The notes under the pieces are model-generated. The model was not told the origin of the DNA. It made no database searches and worked only from the letters and a program-made list of their open reading frames with translations. Position numbers and translations under genes: made by a program. A stretch of 64,000 nucleotides of DNA from Eledone cirrhosa (taxonomy: Eukaryota), in NCBI GenBank assembly GCA_964016885.1, contig OZ024740.1, positions 291,586,001-291,650,000 of the forward strand. The letters run 5' to 3'. Numbering within the stretch: the stretch's first letter is position 1; each line of letters starts with the position of its first letter. Shown here in pieces: positions 11,880 to 23,608 of the stretch.

Positions 11880-12185
11880 AGACAAAAGTGCCCAGGCCCC
11901 ACTGTAAAGCGGTTGTGTCGGTGACATGACAAAGGTGTCCAGTCCACACGGTAAAGTAGTTGTGTAGGTGTCACAACAAAAAGTGCCCAGTCCAAACTGT
12001 AATGTGATCGTGTAGGTGACACAACAAAAGTACGCAACAAAAAGTATGCAGCACACACTGTAAATATGGTTGGCGGTAGGAAAGGCACCCAGCCGTAGAA
12101 ACCAAGCCAAAATCTGCCCCAGGTGAGCTAAACAAGGGTTAATCCGTCCTACCCATGAATGATGGATGCTAATCGACGAGGTTGA
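11880..12185 (+). mobile_element. Older RTE/SINE 3' UTR with several ~48 bp units
   Basis: Repeated ccagtccacactgtaaagtg..gtgtaggtgtcacaacaaaa units, then ggcacccagccgtagaaacc. Confidence 0.65.
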
Positions 12186-12351
12186 TGATATATTTATGTG
12201 TGTATATATATGAAGTGTGTATGTATATGTATGATATGTGTATGTGTATGATATGTGTATGTGCATATGTATGATATGTATATGTGCATATGTATGATAT
12301 GCATATGTACGCAAATATATATATGTGCATATCATTAGCATGATATATATG

Positions 12352-12416
<65 letters not shown>

Positions 12417-12429
12417 ATATTATACTGAT

Positions 12430-12779
12430 ACCACAAAACATCCAGCCCACACTATAAAGTGATCGTGTAGGTGTCACAACAAAAAGCATCCAGTCCACAC
12501 TGTAAAGTGGACGTGTAAAAGACACAGCAAAAAGCACCCAGCACTCACTATCAATGCCGTTTGGCGTTAGGGAGGGCATCCAGTCATAGAAAACCAGCCA
12601 GAAACTCTCCTATATGAGCGAGACACGGTCACCTGACCTAACTTGCCTCTAAAGGGGATAAACCCGTCTAACCCATGCTAGCGTGGAAGATAGCTGTTAA
12701 TCGATGATGATGATGATGGTGGTGGTGGTGGTGGTGGTGGTGGTGGTGGTGGTGGTGGTGGTGATGGTGATGATGATGA

Positions 12780-12783
<4 letters not shown>
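12430..12783 (+). mobile_element. RTE-type 3' UTR variant with (GAT)n/(GGT)n tail
   Basis: Matches 59545-59746 (gggagggcatccag.catagaaaaccagccagaaactctcctatatgagcgagac). Confidence 0.75.
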
Positions 12784-12837
<54 letters not shown>

Positions 12838-12839
<2 letters not shown>

Positions 12840-13160
12840 AGGCACATGGCTTAGTGGTTAGAGCATTGGCCTTGCAATCGAAAGGTTGTGAGTTCAATTC
12901 TCAGACCGGGTATGTGTTGTTTCCTTGAACAAGACACTTTATTTCACATTGTTCCAGTTTACTCAGCTGAAGAAATGAGATGATTGGGACTGGGGTCGTG
13001 GAGGTGCCACGGCATAAAAGCACCCAGCACTCACTGTAAATGAGGTTGGTGTTAGGAAGGGCATCCAGCTGTAGAAATAAAGCCAGAATCAGTTCCCGTC
13101 CCACCCTTGCAAGCAGGGAAAAGCGGACGTGAAATGATGAAATGATGATGAAATGATGAT
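12838..13160 (+). mobile_element. tRNA-derived SINE family 1, short tail
   Basis: ggaggcacatggcttagtggttagagc head; tail cccacccttgcaagcagggaaaagcggacgt plus (GAT)n. Confidence 0.9.
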
Positions 13161-13271
13161 ATATTAAAGACATTGCTCTGTTAGCCATAGATACCACAAG
13201 CTGCTTAATGGCAAATATTTAACTAAAGCTGAAGAATCATTATTTAGTTATGATGAACAATAAATGATAGC

Positions 13272-13760
13272 TGAAGGAGGAGAGGTGGGTGGAATGAAGG
13301 AAGGGAAAGAGAGAAGGAAGTGGAATGAAGGAAGGGAAAGAGAGAGGGAAGTGGAATGAAAGAAGGGAGAAAGAGAGAAGGAAGTGGAAGGAAGGGAAAG
13401 AGAGAGGGAAGTGGAATGAAGGAAAGGAAAGAGAGAGGGAAGTGGAATGAAGGAAGGGAAAGAGAGAAGGAAGTGGAATGAAGGAAGGGAAAGAGAGAGG
13501 GAAGTGGAATGAAAGAAGGTAGAGAGAGAGGGGAGTGGAATGAAGGAAGGGAGAAAGAAAGAGGGAGTGGAATGAAAGAAGGGAGAAAGAGAGAGGGGGT
13601 GGAATGAATGAAGGAAGAGAGAGAGGAGAGTGGAATGAAGGGAGAGAGAGGGGGTGGAATGTATGAAGGGAAAGAGGAGAGTGGAATGAAGGAAGGGAGA
13701 AAGAGAGAGGGGTGGAATGAAGGTGGGGGGGGGATGAAAGAAGGGAAAGAGGGAGTGATG
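13272..13760 (+). repeat. Purine-rich ~30 bp degenerate minisatellite
   Basis: Repeated gtggaatgaaggaagggaaagagagagggaa. Confidence 0.85.
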
Positions 13761-14416
13761 AAGTATGAGGGTGTGAATGTATGTACAAGTTGGTGGGTGT
13801 ATATGAGAGAGACAGAAATCTAGTAAGTAATTGGTTATATATGGCTATGTGTGTGTATGTATGTAATGTATGTATGTATGATGTATGTATTATGTATGTA
13901 TGTGTCTGTGTATATATGTATGTCTGTGTGTATGTATTATGTATGTATGTTCCTGTGTATGTATGCGTCTGTGTATATATGTGTGTATGTGTGTATGTAT
14001 GTATGTATGTATGTATGTATGTGAGTATACAGAGGTTGTGGGAATGTTAATGATTTGGTTTAGCTGAATGGGAGTGTATATTGGATGTGATGGCGGAGGA
14101 GAAGACAGTAAGTACTTATGGTCAAGTACTACTGTAACTGCATCCACATATGAATAAACAAACATAAAAAATAAATACGTAAATCTATGTATAAGTATAC
14201 ATTCATAAACATATTAGCACTGACGCCTGTATATAAATCAATACAGATACATATGTATATACTTATACATACACACACACACAGACATATACATACACAC
14301 ACATACACACACACATATATATGCATATGCTATTTAAATCGGTAAGTGATATATATTATTTTTTGTTCTTGAGTGATTTGTCTTGATATTATATTAATCG
14401 TTTTTTACTTTAATAA

Positions 14417-14517
14417 ACTCTGATGATTCCTATGGTTTGTGCTAACTAATAGCAAATTGTTGAATAAAATAATTTGCTGCTAGAGGTACTTCACTATGGG
14501 AAGAAACAACTGTCAGT
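14417..14517 (+). ncRNA. Hammerhead ribozyme motif with long stem-II insert (PLE terminus-like)
   Basis: ACU-CUGAUGA(14420-14426)-UUCCUAUGG...CUAUGGGAA-GAAAC-AACU-GUC-AGU; 9-bp stem II, inner hairpin AGCAAAUUGUU/AAUAAUUUGCU, stem I only 3 bp. Confidence 0.6.
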
Positions 14518-14559
14518 AATTAAATGTCTTAAACCCTTAATTTTGGTTGGTAAGTACAT

Positions 14560-14841
14560 TTTCCTTGAGCAAAACACTTTATTTCACATTGCTCCAGTTT
14601 ACTCAGCTGTAGAAATGAGATGATAGGGACTGGGTCCCTATCATCCACTGCAAAGTTGTCGTGGAGGTGCCATGGCAAAAAAGCACCCAACCCACACTGT
14701 AAAGTGGTCGTGTAGGTGCCACGGAAAAAAAGCACCCAGCACCCACTGTAAATGAGCTGTAGAAATCAAGCCAAAATCAGTTTCCGTCCCACCCTTGGAA
14801 GCAGGGAAAAGCGGACGTAAAATGATGATGATAATGATGAT
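14560..14841 (+). mobile_element. 5'-truncated SINE family 1, short tail
   Basis: Central domain and tail as at 12838-13160. Confidence 0.85.
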
Positions 14842-14885
14842 ATATATATATATATCAGAGTTTTGCTTGAAGTATGGTTGAATAG

Positions 14886-15245
14886 GGGACACAAATTTAA
14901 ATAATTTTGAAAACCAAAACAATGCGTTAGGAAGAACATTAAATCGCCAAGTTAACAAAAGAATCTTACCTTAGCAAATTTAACGATCCCAAATATTTTG
15001 GGGTTTAAAAACCCATTATCAAGGGAGAATCCCTAAGAGAGACTTAAAAAATCAATCGGAGTTGACTTGCTTGTTTGGAGAGCAGATTTAACTTAAATGA
15101 GCAGATTTAACTTAAATCTACTTGATAATGCGTTTTTAAATCTGAAAGCATTTGGGATTGTTAAATTTGCTAAGGTAAGATTCTTTTGTTATCTTGGCGA
15201 TTTAATGTTCTTCCTGGTTTCCAAAATTATTTAAATTTGTGTTCC
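14886..15245. repeat. Fold-back inverted repeat, arms about 125-138 bp
   Basis: 14886-15023 is the reverse complement of 15121-15245, e.g. aacaaaagaatcttaccttagcaaatttaac / gttaaatttgctaaggtaagattcttttgtt. Confidence 0.92.
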
Positions 15246-15269
15246 ATATATATATATGTATATATCTAT

Positions 15270-15506
15270 AAAAAAACACACAGTCCATGTTGTAATGTGG
15301 CTGTGTAGGCAACACGGTAAAAACCTCCCAGCCCCACACTGTAAATGTGGTTGGTGTTAGGAAGGGCATCCAGCTGTAGAAAACCCGCCAGACAGTCCTA
15401 TGCGAGCAAGACAATCACTCTTGCCTCAAGTGGGAAAACCCCCGTCCAAACCCATGCAAGCGTGGAACACGGACGTTAAACGTTGATGATGATGATGATG
15501 ATGATA
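15270..15506 (+). mobile_element. RTE subfamily B 3' UTR
   Basis: Near-identical to 50495-50732 and 43715-43950. Confidence 0.85.
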
Positions 15507-15912
15507 TATATATATATATACGGAAAAGAAATTGTAAATGTAACTGGAGTCTTTTAAGGATATTTATTTACTTTACTGGTTTCACAGTTCTTATGATTTT
15601 CAAAATTAAAATTGAGATGGAGGGTTTGTGTTTCTGCTGTGTTTTGCCACGCATCTAACTGGAATTCGAAAATTCTTTCTGTTTTATACAAAAAAAGTGG
15701 CTCAGATTGCTATATGTTTAAAATGTAATTTGGTTGGTTTTAACTGTCATATTATTAGTAACCTTAGTATACATACACACAAGCGTGCAAATATCATCAC
15801 ACCTAATTTTTATTTTTCAATCACTGTACATAATTCAACCAATCACATTATTTGTTGTATTTTCATATATACCACACCGAGTCAGCATTTTAATACATTT
15901 TTGAATACTAAC

Positions 15913-16926
15913 ATGGCTGCCATTTCAAGCAAAAAATGTGCAAATATCATCCTTTTTCATAAGGCAGGCTATTCCCAGCACCAAATATCTGTACGATTGG
16001 CTGTATCTAAGACTAGTGTTCAAAAAACAATTGCCCGTAATGCAACAATGCACACTTAACCCAAACAAGTGGCATGGAAGACCACGCAAGATAAGTGTTC
16101 AAACAGATCACATGGTTCGCCGACTTGCAGTATCAAATCCAACTGGTTCCAGCTCATATATCCAAGCCCAGCTTCCCCAGGACACAAACATATCCTCTTC
16201 CATCTGACAATGCTGTGTTAAGGAATTTAACCTTCGGACTTTTAAGCCAGGTGCCAAGCCTCAACTTTCAAATAAAAGCATGAAAGACCGTCTGTTGTTC
16301 TGCAACACTTATCATCACTGGGCTGCTGCTCAATGGGGTGAGGTAATGTCTAGTGATGAAACATTAATTAGACAATTTGCTCTTAATAATCGCCATGTAA
16401 GAAAACCACCTGGACAGCATTATAATTCTCGTTATATCAAACCTGCAGTTAAGCATTCACAATCATTGATGGTCTGGGATCAATAAGCCTAAATGAACGA
16501 GCTACACTGACCATAATTCCAGCAGGAAAGACTGTAAATGCAAACATATATTTGGAAATCATATGAGAAAAGGTCCTATTAGGCATGGAGAGGCATTGTT
16601 GCAAGAAATATAAATAAGATGGTGCTCCTTGTCATAGGGTAAAAACCATTAACCAATTTTTTCGAGAATCTGATATTGAAGTGCCGGCACTTTGACCAGG
16701 TTCAAGTCCTGACTTAAATCCAACTGAAAACTGTTGGAAATTGATGAAAGACAAAGTTGCCAAGCTAAATCCCAGCTCAATACTGATTTACAATAAAAAA
16801 AAAACTCTTACTGTATGGACACAACACATTACTCCTGAATATTGTGCCTCCTTGGTAGAATCGATACTTCGCAGAATTGCTGCAGTAATTGCTGCTAAAG
16901 GTCAACAAAGTACTAATTTGAAATAA
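15913..16926 (+). pseudogene. Tc1-type DDE transposase pseudogene
   Basis: MAAISSKK..GYSQHQIS..L.VSK.SV HTH, GRPRK, W..VMSSDET, VKH..SLMVW, DGAPCH, *PGSSPDLNPTENCW, RRIAAVIAAKG; several stops and frameshifts; TIR-like end ..aattatgcacaacactg-TA at about 17060. Confidence 0.92.
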
Positions 16927-17334
16927 ATAATTTGTAGCATAATGCTTTGTGTTGTATGTTTGTAATAATATACTATTTTTATCTAATAATTATATCTTGT
17001 TCAATATTAGCCTAACCTCATAAAATTATTGAGCTGGTCTCTGAATTATGCACAACACTGTAAAAGTGCAAATATTTGATCAACTGTTAGTGGTTAGCTA
17101 TGCTGGACTTACAATCATAATTAGTGGGTTAAATTTCTGAACCTGGTGCTAAACATTTCATTTCATGTTGGTCCAGAACATTCAGCTGGAAAAATAAGTA
17201 CCAGCAGGGGAGCAGTCTTGTACTCTCAGTTGCTTAACTCCAAGGAAACTGAGACCAGCACTAGCTTAATGAATCTTCTGGGTTGGATCAATCTTTAAAT
17301 TTGACTTTTTTTTTATTAACAGAATCGTTATTGA

Positions 17335-17822
<488 letters not shown>

Positions 17823-18321
17823 TTTAGAAAATGTAAGAGAAACACAAACATAAGCACAATTCCCATTCTTCGGCTGTCTGCTGTGGGTCGCTGATGTTTT
17901 GATGCATTAAAGACAGGACATCTCACCACAGTGCATTGATAACTAAGAGGAATAGTTATCAGGGAAGAAAACAAAAAAAAAATAGAGACAATAGTGAACG
18001 ATGACAGAAAAAGAAAATAAACAAAAGAAAAACATACCGATAGAGAGGGGAAAACACGAGACAAAGATGTAAAGTTGCCTCTCTAGAGTTTGAAAACACT
18101 TGTGCCAAGAAGGAAGATGATTTTAACATGATCTGCAAAAGCTAGTAGGAAATTTGAGTTGCAATAAGAAGACATTATTAAACCCTCTCATCCTTACGGG
18201 GGTCAATAAAATAAAGCACTAGTAATGCACTGGGGTAATTGCTGGCCTTATGCCAAAAGTAGAGACAATTGTTAAACACTGAGGTTTTGTTGTTGTTTTA
18301 TTCAATAAATTTGATCCTATT

Positions 18322-18696
18322 TACCCTTGGGTCTCGAATAATCGCACCCCTTCCTCTGTGCTTTTTTTTTCAAATTTTTTTCTAATCCGCCTGCTTATTA
18401 AATTTTGCTAATCTATCTTTGTGCAAAATTTTGTTTTAAGTTCTTGCGACAGTTGATTTTCTTTATACATTAAAAAGCATTATACATAACAAAAAAGTAC
18501 ATTACCAGAAATCTCATATGTTATAAAATAAATAGGATGGGTTTGTGTCCCAATATGTAAACTAAATGACTAATTCTGGTTTTTACAAAAATCAACAGAG
18601 ACAACCTAGAAAAATTACCGATTTTCCACACACTCCTGCTTATTCCAGCCTCACCACTTATTTCAACCACTCCCTATTGTTTGGGACCCAAGAGTA
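18322..18696. mobile_element. TA-flanked MITE (Tc1/mariner-pogo type)
   Basis: Ends tacccttgggtctcgaataa and ttgtttgggacccaagagta are imperfect TIRs; related short copy at 23732-23859. Confidence 0.65.
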
Positions 18697-19231
18697 TTTG
18701 CCTTCTTAGTTGATTTCCTCTTCAATAGCAAAAACCTGAAAGTACTTAACAAGCATTTTGTTCTTACTTGAACAGCTTAAACATTAATATGAAAGATTTT
18801 GAATTCATATATTTTATTTTAAACAAAACCCATCCAATTTAACTTTAATTTCAAAATTCAATTTTGTAGCAATTACATTTCAAAAATCAATAGCATAAGA
18901 ATTGTTTACTTAATTACAGATATATTCTCATTAAGCAACTTACAAAATTAGAAACTATACCAGCTGTTAAATTACTTTTATTTTCTTTAATTAACATTCC
19001 AGTTACTGATTGGCTGAGCTTTTATACCAGCATTGATTCATTGTTCTAAATATTTTAATATTTGTAATGTAAACAATTTTTAAGATATAACATTTTTTTT
19101 GTCTAATGAGGAAAATAAGCTAAAAGATCATTTTTATCAAAGTATTAAAAAAATGACAATATAAATAAATAAGAATTTATTTATTCTTTATTTACAATTC
19201 TCCGAATTGAGAGATCACATCTCCGATCCTA

Positions 19232-19540
19232 TGGGCATGTGGTTAGAATGTCTCAGGAAAGAATTGCTGGACAGATTTTATAGGCAAAAACAACTAGCAG
19301 GAGACCCAGGAGTAGACCCCAAGCACAATGGTTGGATAACATCCATGAGCTTGGCTGGTCTTGCTTGGGGATCCAGCCGGATTAGTTGACAGGATCCAAT
19401 GGAAGGAGTGTTTGAGGACTCTGCTTCCATGGCCCTCTCAGAAATAAGTGGACGAGAAGAAGAAGAAGAAGAAGAAGAAGAAGAAGAAGAAGAAGAAGAA
19501 GAAGAAGAAGAAGAAGAAGAAGAAGAAGAAGAAGAAGACG
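19232..19540 (+). mobile_element. LINE 3' end with (GAA)n tail
   Basis: GHVVRMSQERIAGQIL*AKTTSRRPRSRPQAQWLDNI.. matches RTE-type ORF2 C-terminus GHV.RM....G.RPRGRP..RW.D; long GAA tail. Confidence 0.8.
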
Positions 19541-19599
19541 ATATAAATATAGTTTTGTTTAAATTTGTTTCAAAGAATTGTTGATAATTCCAAGAAGAC

Positions 19600-19905
19600 A
19601 ATTATTATGTCTTCTGTTCCTCTCAACTAGTTATCTGCACCCCCGTTTTCACTGAAGTCCACTTCTCTCACTTTCCTCCTGCCATCTTTACAGAGTCTGA
19701 CCCCCTAAACGCCACATTAAATATGTTACTTAATCCTTCCTCTTCTAGAACAGAAACCCTCAGGAATTCCCTCATTATCCACGTTTTTCCTACATATTCT
19801 GACCTATAAATGTTGAAACTGGGCATCAACAGCATCAGCTTCACTAGCCTAGATGAGACTGCAAAGACTATGAATATTGTCCTTCCTATTCCGTCTATCT
19901 CATAT
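19600..19905 (+). pseudogene. Degenerate CR1/Jockey-group LINE 3' end
   Basis: NPSSSRTETLRNSLIIHVFPTYSDL*MLKLGIN resembles SFFPRT..LWNSLP..VFP....L..FK..VN. Confidence 0.5.
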
Positions 19906-20054
19906 ATATATATATAGCTAAACCACCAATCAAAACAACATAAATTAACCACCATATGAATGAGAAACGTTAGACATTTATATGCTATATATGTTCATTC
20001 TGTCGTTACAACAGCTGAAGTCCAATGAGCTTTTGATTCCAGAGTTGGGCCAGA

Positions 20055-20548
20055 TCAATACAGATTGAACCTTGAGCTGATCAATAGCGAAATGTGCGTC
20101 AGCAATCAATAAATGTAATGAAGGCTTAACAAATCGTCCTTGTATTATTTTATATATATATATATATATAATATAGAAGTCAATACAGATCCAACCTTGA
20201 GCTGATCAATAGCGAAATGTGCGTCAGCAATCAATAAATGTAATGAAGGCTTAACAAATCGTCCTTGTATTATTTTATATATATATATATATAATATAGA
20301 AGTCAATACAGATCGAACCTTGAGCTGATCAATAGCGAAATGCACGTCAGCAATCGATAAACGTAATGAAGGCTTAACAAATCGTCCTTGTATTATTTTA
20401 TATATATATATATATATAATATAGAAGTCAATACAGATCCAACCTTGAGCTGATCAATAGCGAAATGTGCGTCAGCAATCAATAAACGTAATGAAGGCTT
20501 AACAAATCGTCCTTGTATTATTATATATATATATATAATATAGAAGTC
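20055..20548 (+). repeat. Four tandem 123-125 bp copies of a PLE-terminus-like segment
   Basis: atacagat starts at 20058, 20183, 20306 and 20431; each unit has tagcGAAAtgtgcGTCagc, AATAAA/GATAAA and a (TA)n run. Confidence 0.92.
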
Positions 20549-20999
20549 GATGGAAACTGCGGAGTGGGGAGACCCAAGATGACCTGGGATGCGGTGATAA
20601 AAGCCGACCTTACCCAATTACACCTCTCAAAGGCAATGACACACGACCGTGACCTCTGGCGTCACGCAGTAATACAGAGTACCCGACCTCCCATGGGTAC
20701 AAGCTGAAGCATATAGACAATATGCCCCCACACCCCCCACTGCAAGGTGGTCGTGGAGGTGCCACGGCAAAAAACACCCAGCCCACACTGTAAAGTGGAC
20801 GTGTAGGCGCCACGAAAAAGCACCCAGCACTCACTGTAAATGAGGTTGGTGTTAGGAAGGGCATCCAGCTGTAGAAATCAAGCCAAATCAGTTCCTGTAT
20901 GAGCAAGGCATGGTCAGCCGACCAGACACTGCCCACAACAGGACAACCCGTCTAACCCATGCTAGCGTGGAAGAACGGACGTAAAACGGTGATGATGAT
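20541..20999 (+). mobile_element. 5'-truncated RTE LINE subfamily A
   Basis: EVDGNCGVGRPKMTWDAVIKADL..AMTHDRDLWR; near-identical to 37078-37548; (GAT)n tail. Confidence 0.92.
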
Positions 21000-21001
21000 A
21001 T

Positions 21002-21340
21002 ATCATCATCATTTCATTTTACGTCCGCTTTTTCCCTGCTTGCAAGGGTGGGACGGGAACTGATGCAGGCTTGATTTCTACAGCTGGATGCCCTTCCTAA
21101 CACCAACCTCATTTACAGTGAGTGCTGGGTGCTTTTTTGCAGTGGCACCTCCACGACCACTTTGCAGTGGAATGATATGGACCCCAGTCCCTATCATCTC
21201 ATTTCTACAGCTGAGTAAACTGGAGCAATGTGAAATAAAGTGTCTTGCTCAAGGAAACAACACATCACCCGGTCTGAGAATTGAACTCACAACCTTTCGA
21301 TTGCAAGGCCAATGCTCTAACCACTAAGCCATGTGCCTCC
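21002..21340 (-). mobile_element. SINE family 1, short tail
   Basis: Near-identical to 9844-10192; tail to tail with the preceding RTE. Confidence 0.9.
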
Positions 21341-21433
21341 ATATATATATATATACATATATATATATACACATATATATATATACACATATATATATAT
21401 ATATATGTATGCGTATATATATATATGTGTATA

Positions 21434-21706
21434 TATCATCATCATCATCATCATCGTTTAACGTCCATCTTCCTCGCTTGCATGGGTTTGGACGGGAATT
21501 TTTCCACTTGAGGCAAGATTGGTTGTCTTGCTTGTATAGGACTGTCTGGCGGGTTTTCTATGGCTGGATGCCTTTCCTAACACCAACCACGTTTACAGTG
21601 TGGACTAGGAGGTTTTTACCGTGTTGCCTACACGGCCACATTACAGCGTGGACTGTGTGTTTTTTTTGTCGTGACACCTACACGACCTCATTTATTTAGG
21701 ACTGGA
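21434..21706 (-). mobile_element. RTE subfamily B 3' UTR
   Basis: Reverse complement of 43680-43950. Confidence 0.85.
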
Positions 21707-21732
21707 TGTTGTGGTATATATATATATATATA

Positions 21733-22510
21733 GTGAAAAATGGAACGGGAACAAAACAGAGAGGCAGTACAAACAAAGGTATATTAGTTTCACGCTCTTG
21801 AGAGTGGCGGCGGGAGGGGGGGACGATGTTTCGGGCATAAGCCCTTCTTCAGGCGAAAAGTGGGTGGGAAGAGAGTTCCGAGGGTGTGTAGGGGAGTGGA
21901 GGAGAGACATTTAGAAAAAAGGGGAGGGGGGAGAAGAAAGTGAGGAAAAACGGTGGAAGGGGTACAAATAAAAATTTAAAAAATAAAAACAGAAATAAAT
22001 ATGAAGATAAACAAGTAGTGGAAGGGTGTGGGGCGTGTAGGGGTCGTGGCGGGTGGAGTTGGGAGAGGGAGGCGGGGTGTCTGAGCGGGGAGGGCTGAAG
22101 GTGGTATATATGTGTAGGTGTACGTGTGTGTGTGTGTGTGTATGTGAATGTGAGAGTTGGGGGAAGAACAAGGTTCCATGTTCAGGAAAAGGTGTGTGTG
22201 TGGGGTGGGGTGTAGGTCGATGTGTGTACGCGTGTGGATGGGGAGGGGTCAGTGGGGTGGGGGGATTCCGGAGGCTGAGTGTGTATATATGTGGATGTAG
22301 GTGGTGTGGTTCTAAAAAAATGTTTGTGAGTGTATGTCCGTGGGTAAGTTCCTAAGGTAGTTCCGTAGAGGGTGTGAAGGGGTGCCGGATGTTTTCCATG
22401 TTATGGAGGGGATAGTGGGAACGATGGCCAATGGTGTGTAATCCGTGGTTGTGGTAGTCGGAAGAGGGGAGATGTGGGGTGCGCGCGCAACAGGAAGTGG
22501 TCAGAGGGTC
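21733..22510 (-). mobile_element. Probable degenerate PLE with hammerhead core
   Basis: Minus strand CUGAAGA-A-GGGC-UUAU-GCCC-GAAAC-AUC at 21825-21852; tail related to 36010-36080 and 42630-42702; C-rich UTR. Upstream boundary uncertain. Confidence 0.5.
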
Positions 22511-23330
22511 AAGGCAGGATGAGGGTAGAGGAGAATGACAGGTGGAGAGGACTGTGTCTGTGTGTGCGGAGAAGTGGTCAGAGGCTCAAGGCATAGCAGC
22601 AGTAGAGGAGAATGGCAGGTGGAGAAAGTCAGTGTGTCTGTGTGTGCGGAGGTGTGGTGGACAGGGGAGAGGATGGGTAGGTGTGAAAGGTGGAGTGGGG
22701 AGGGGGTCATGCGGGGGATGAGGTGTGTATTAGTAGAGGTGTTAGTGGGATGTGTGTGTGTGTGTGTGTGAAGGAGTGTGGGTTGAGAGGGGAGAGGGAG
22801 AGAAAAGGGGTGGGGGGAGGGAGTGTAGTGTACTGGTGTGTGTGTGTTTGGATGAGTGTGTGTGTGGTGAAGGGGGTGTTAGTGGGTGTTAGTATACTGG
22901 TGGTGGGGAAAGGGTTGAATGTGGGTGTGTTAGTGGGGGTCAGTGGTAGTAGGGTGTGTAGAGTGGGTGGTGTAAGTGGGCGTGGGTGGGTGTGTGTGTT
23001 CGCGTGCGTGGGGTCGGGGGGATGTTAGTGGTATTAGTTGTGGGGTGGTTGGAGTGGATGTGTGGGTGAGGGTTAGTGGTGGTAGTAGGGTGTGTGGATA
23101 GTGTGAGTGCGTGTATATATGTACCGGTGGGTGGGTGCGTAATAGGGGGAAGGGTGGGGATGTTAGTACTATTAGTTGGGGGAGGGTGGTCGGATGTGGG
23201 GTTGGGGTGTTAGTATTGTTAGTTGTGGGGTGGGCGGTGAAAAGGAGGAGTGTGTTAGTGGTGTTAGTGGGGGATGTGTGTGTGTGTGTGGGGGGGGGGG
23301 TCGAAGGCTAAAGGAATAGGGGTGGGGAGT
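22510..23330 (+). repeat. G/T-rich low-complexity sequence
   Basis: Degenerate gtgt/gggtg/gttagt motifs. Confidence 0.7.
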
Positions 23331-23608
23331 TACACATATATAAATATATGTATATACACTCACACAGCAATAAGGCATACACGTTCAAAAATACTTCGGG
23401 TTTCATAGGGTTTTATTCATAATGTGATTTCCATTACTGGAGATTTAACACTTATAATGACTTTCTTAATCAACAGTTTTGAATATATATATTTTCAGAA
23501 TGTTGTTTACTTCTGGTCTATACATACATACATCAAACCACTTGGTCTGTGTTGACTTTTCCAACACTTTCTAGCAAAGTGATCATTAAATGATGATGAT
23601 GATGATGT

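Noticed and set aside
12704-12783. (GAT)n to (GGT)n switch as a fossil of A-to-I editing
   Set aside because: One substitution followed by slippage explains it more simply.
12838-12910. tRNA gene (TGC anticodon-like loop, A/B boxes)
   Set aside because: No acceptor stem closure; it is the head of a multi-copy SINE.
17875-17945. Minus-strand HHR-like relic next to (TA)n
   Set aside because: Both core halves are degenerate.
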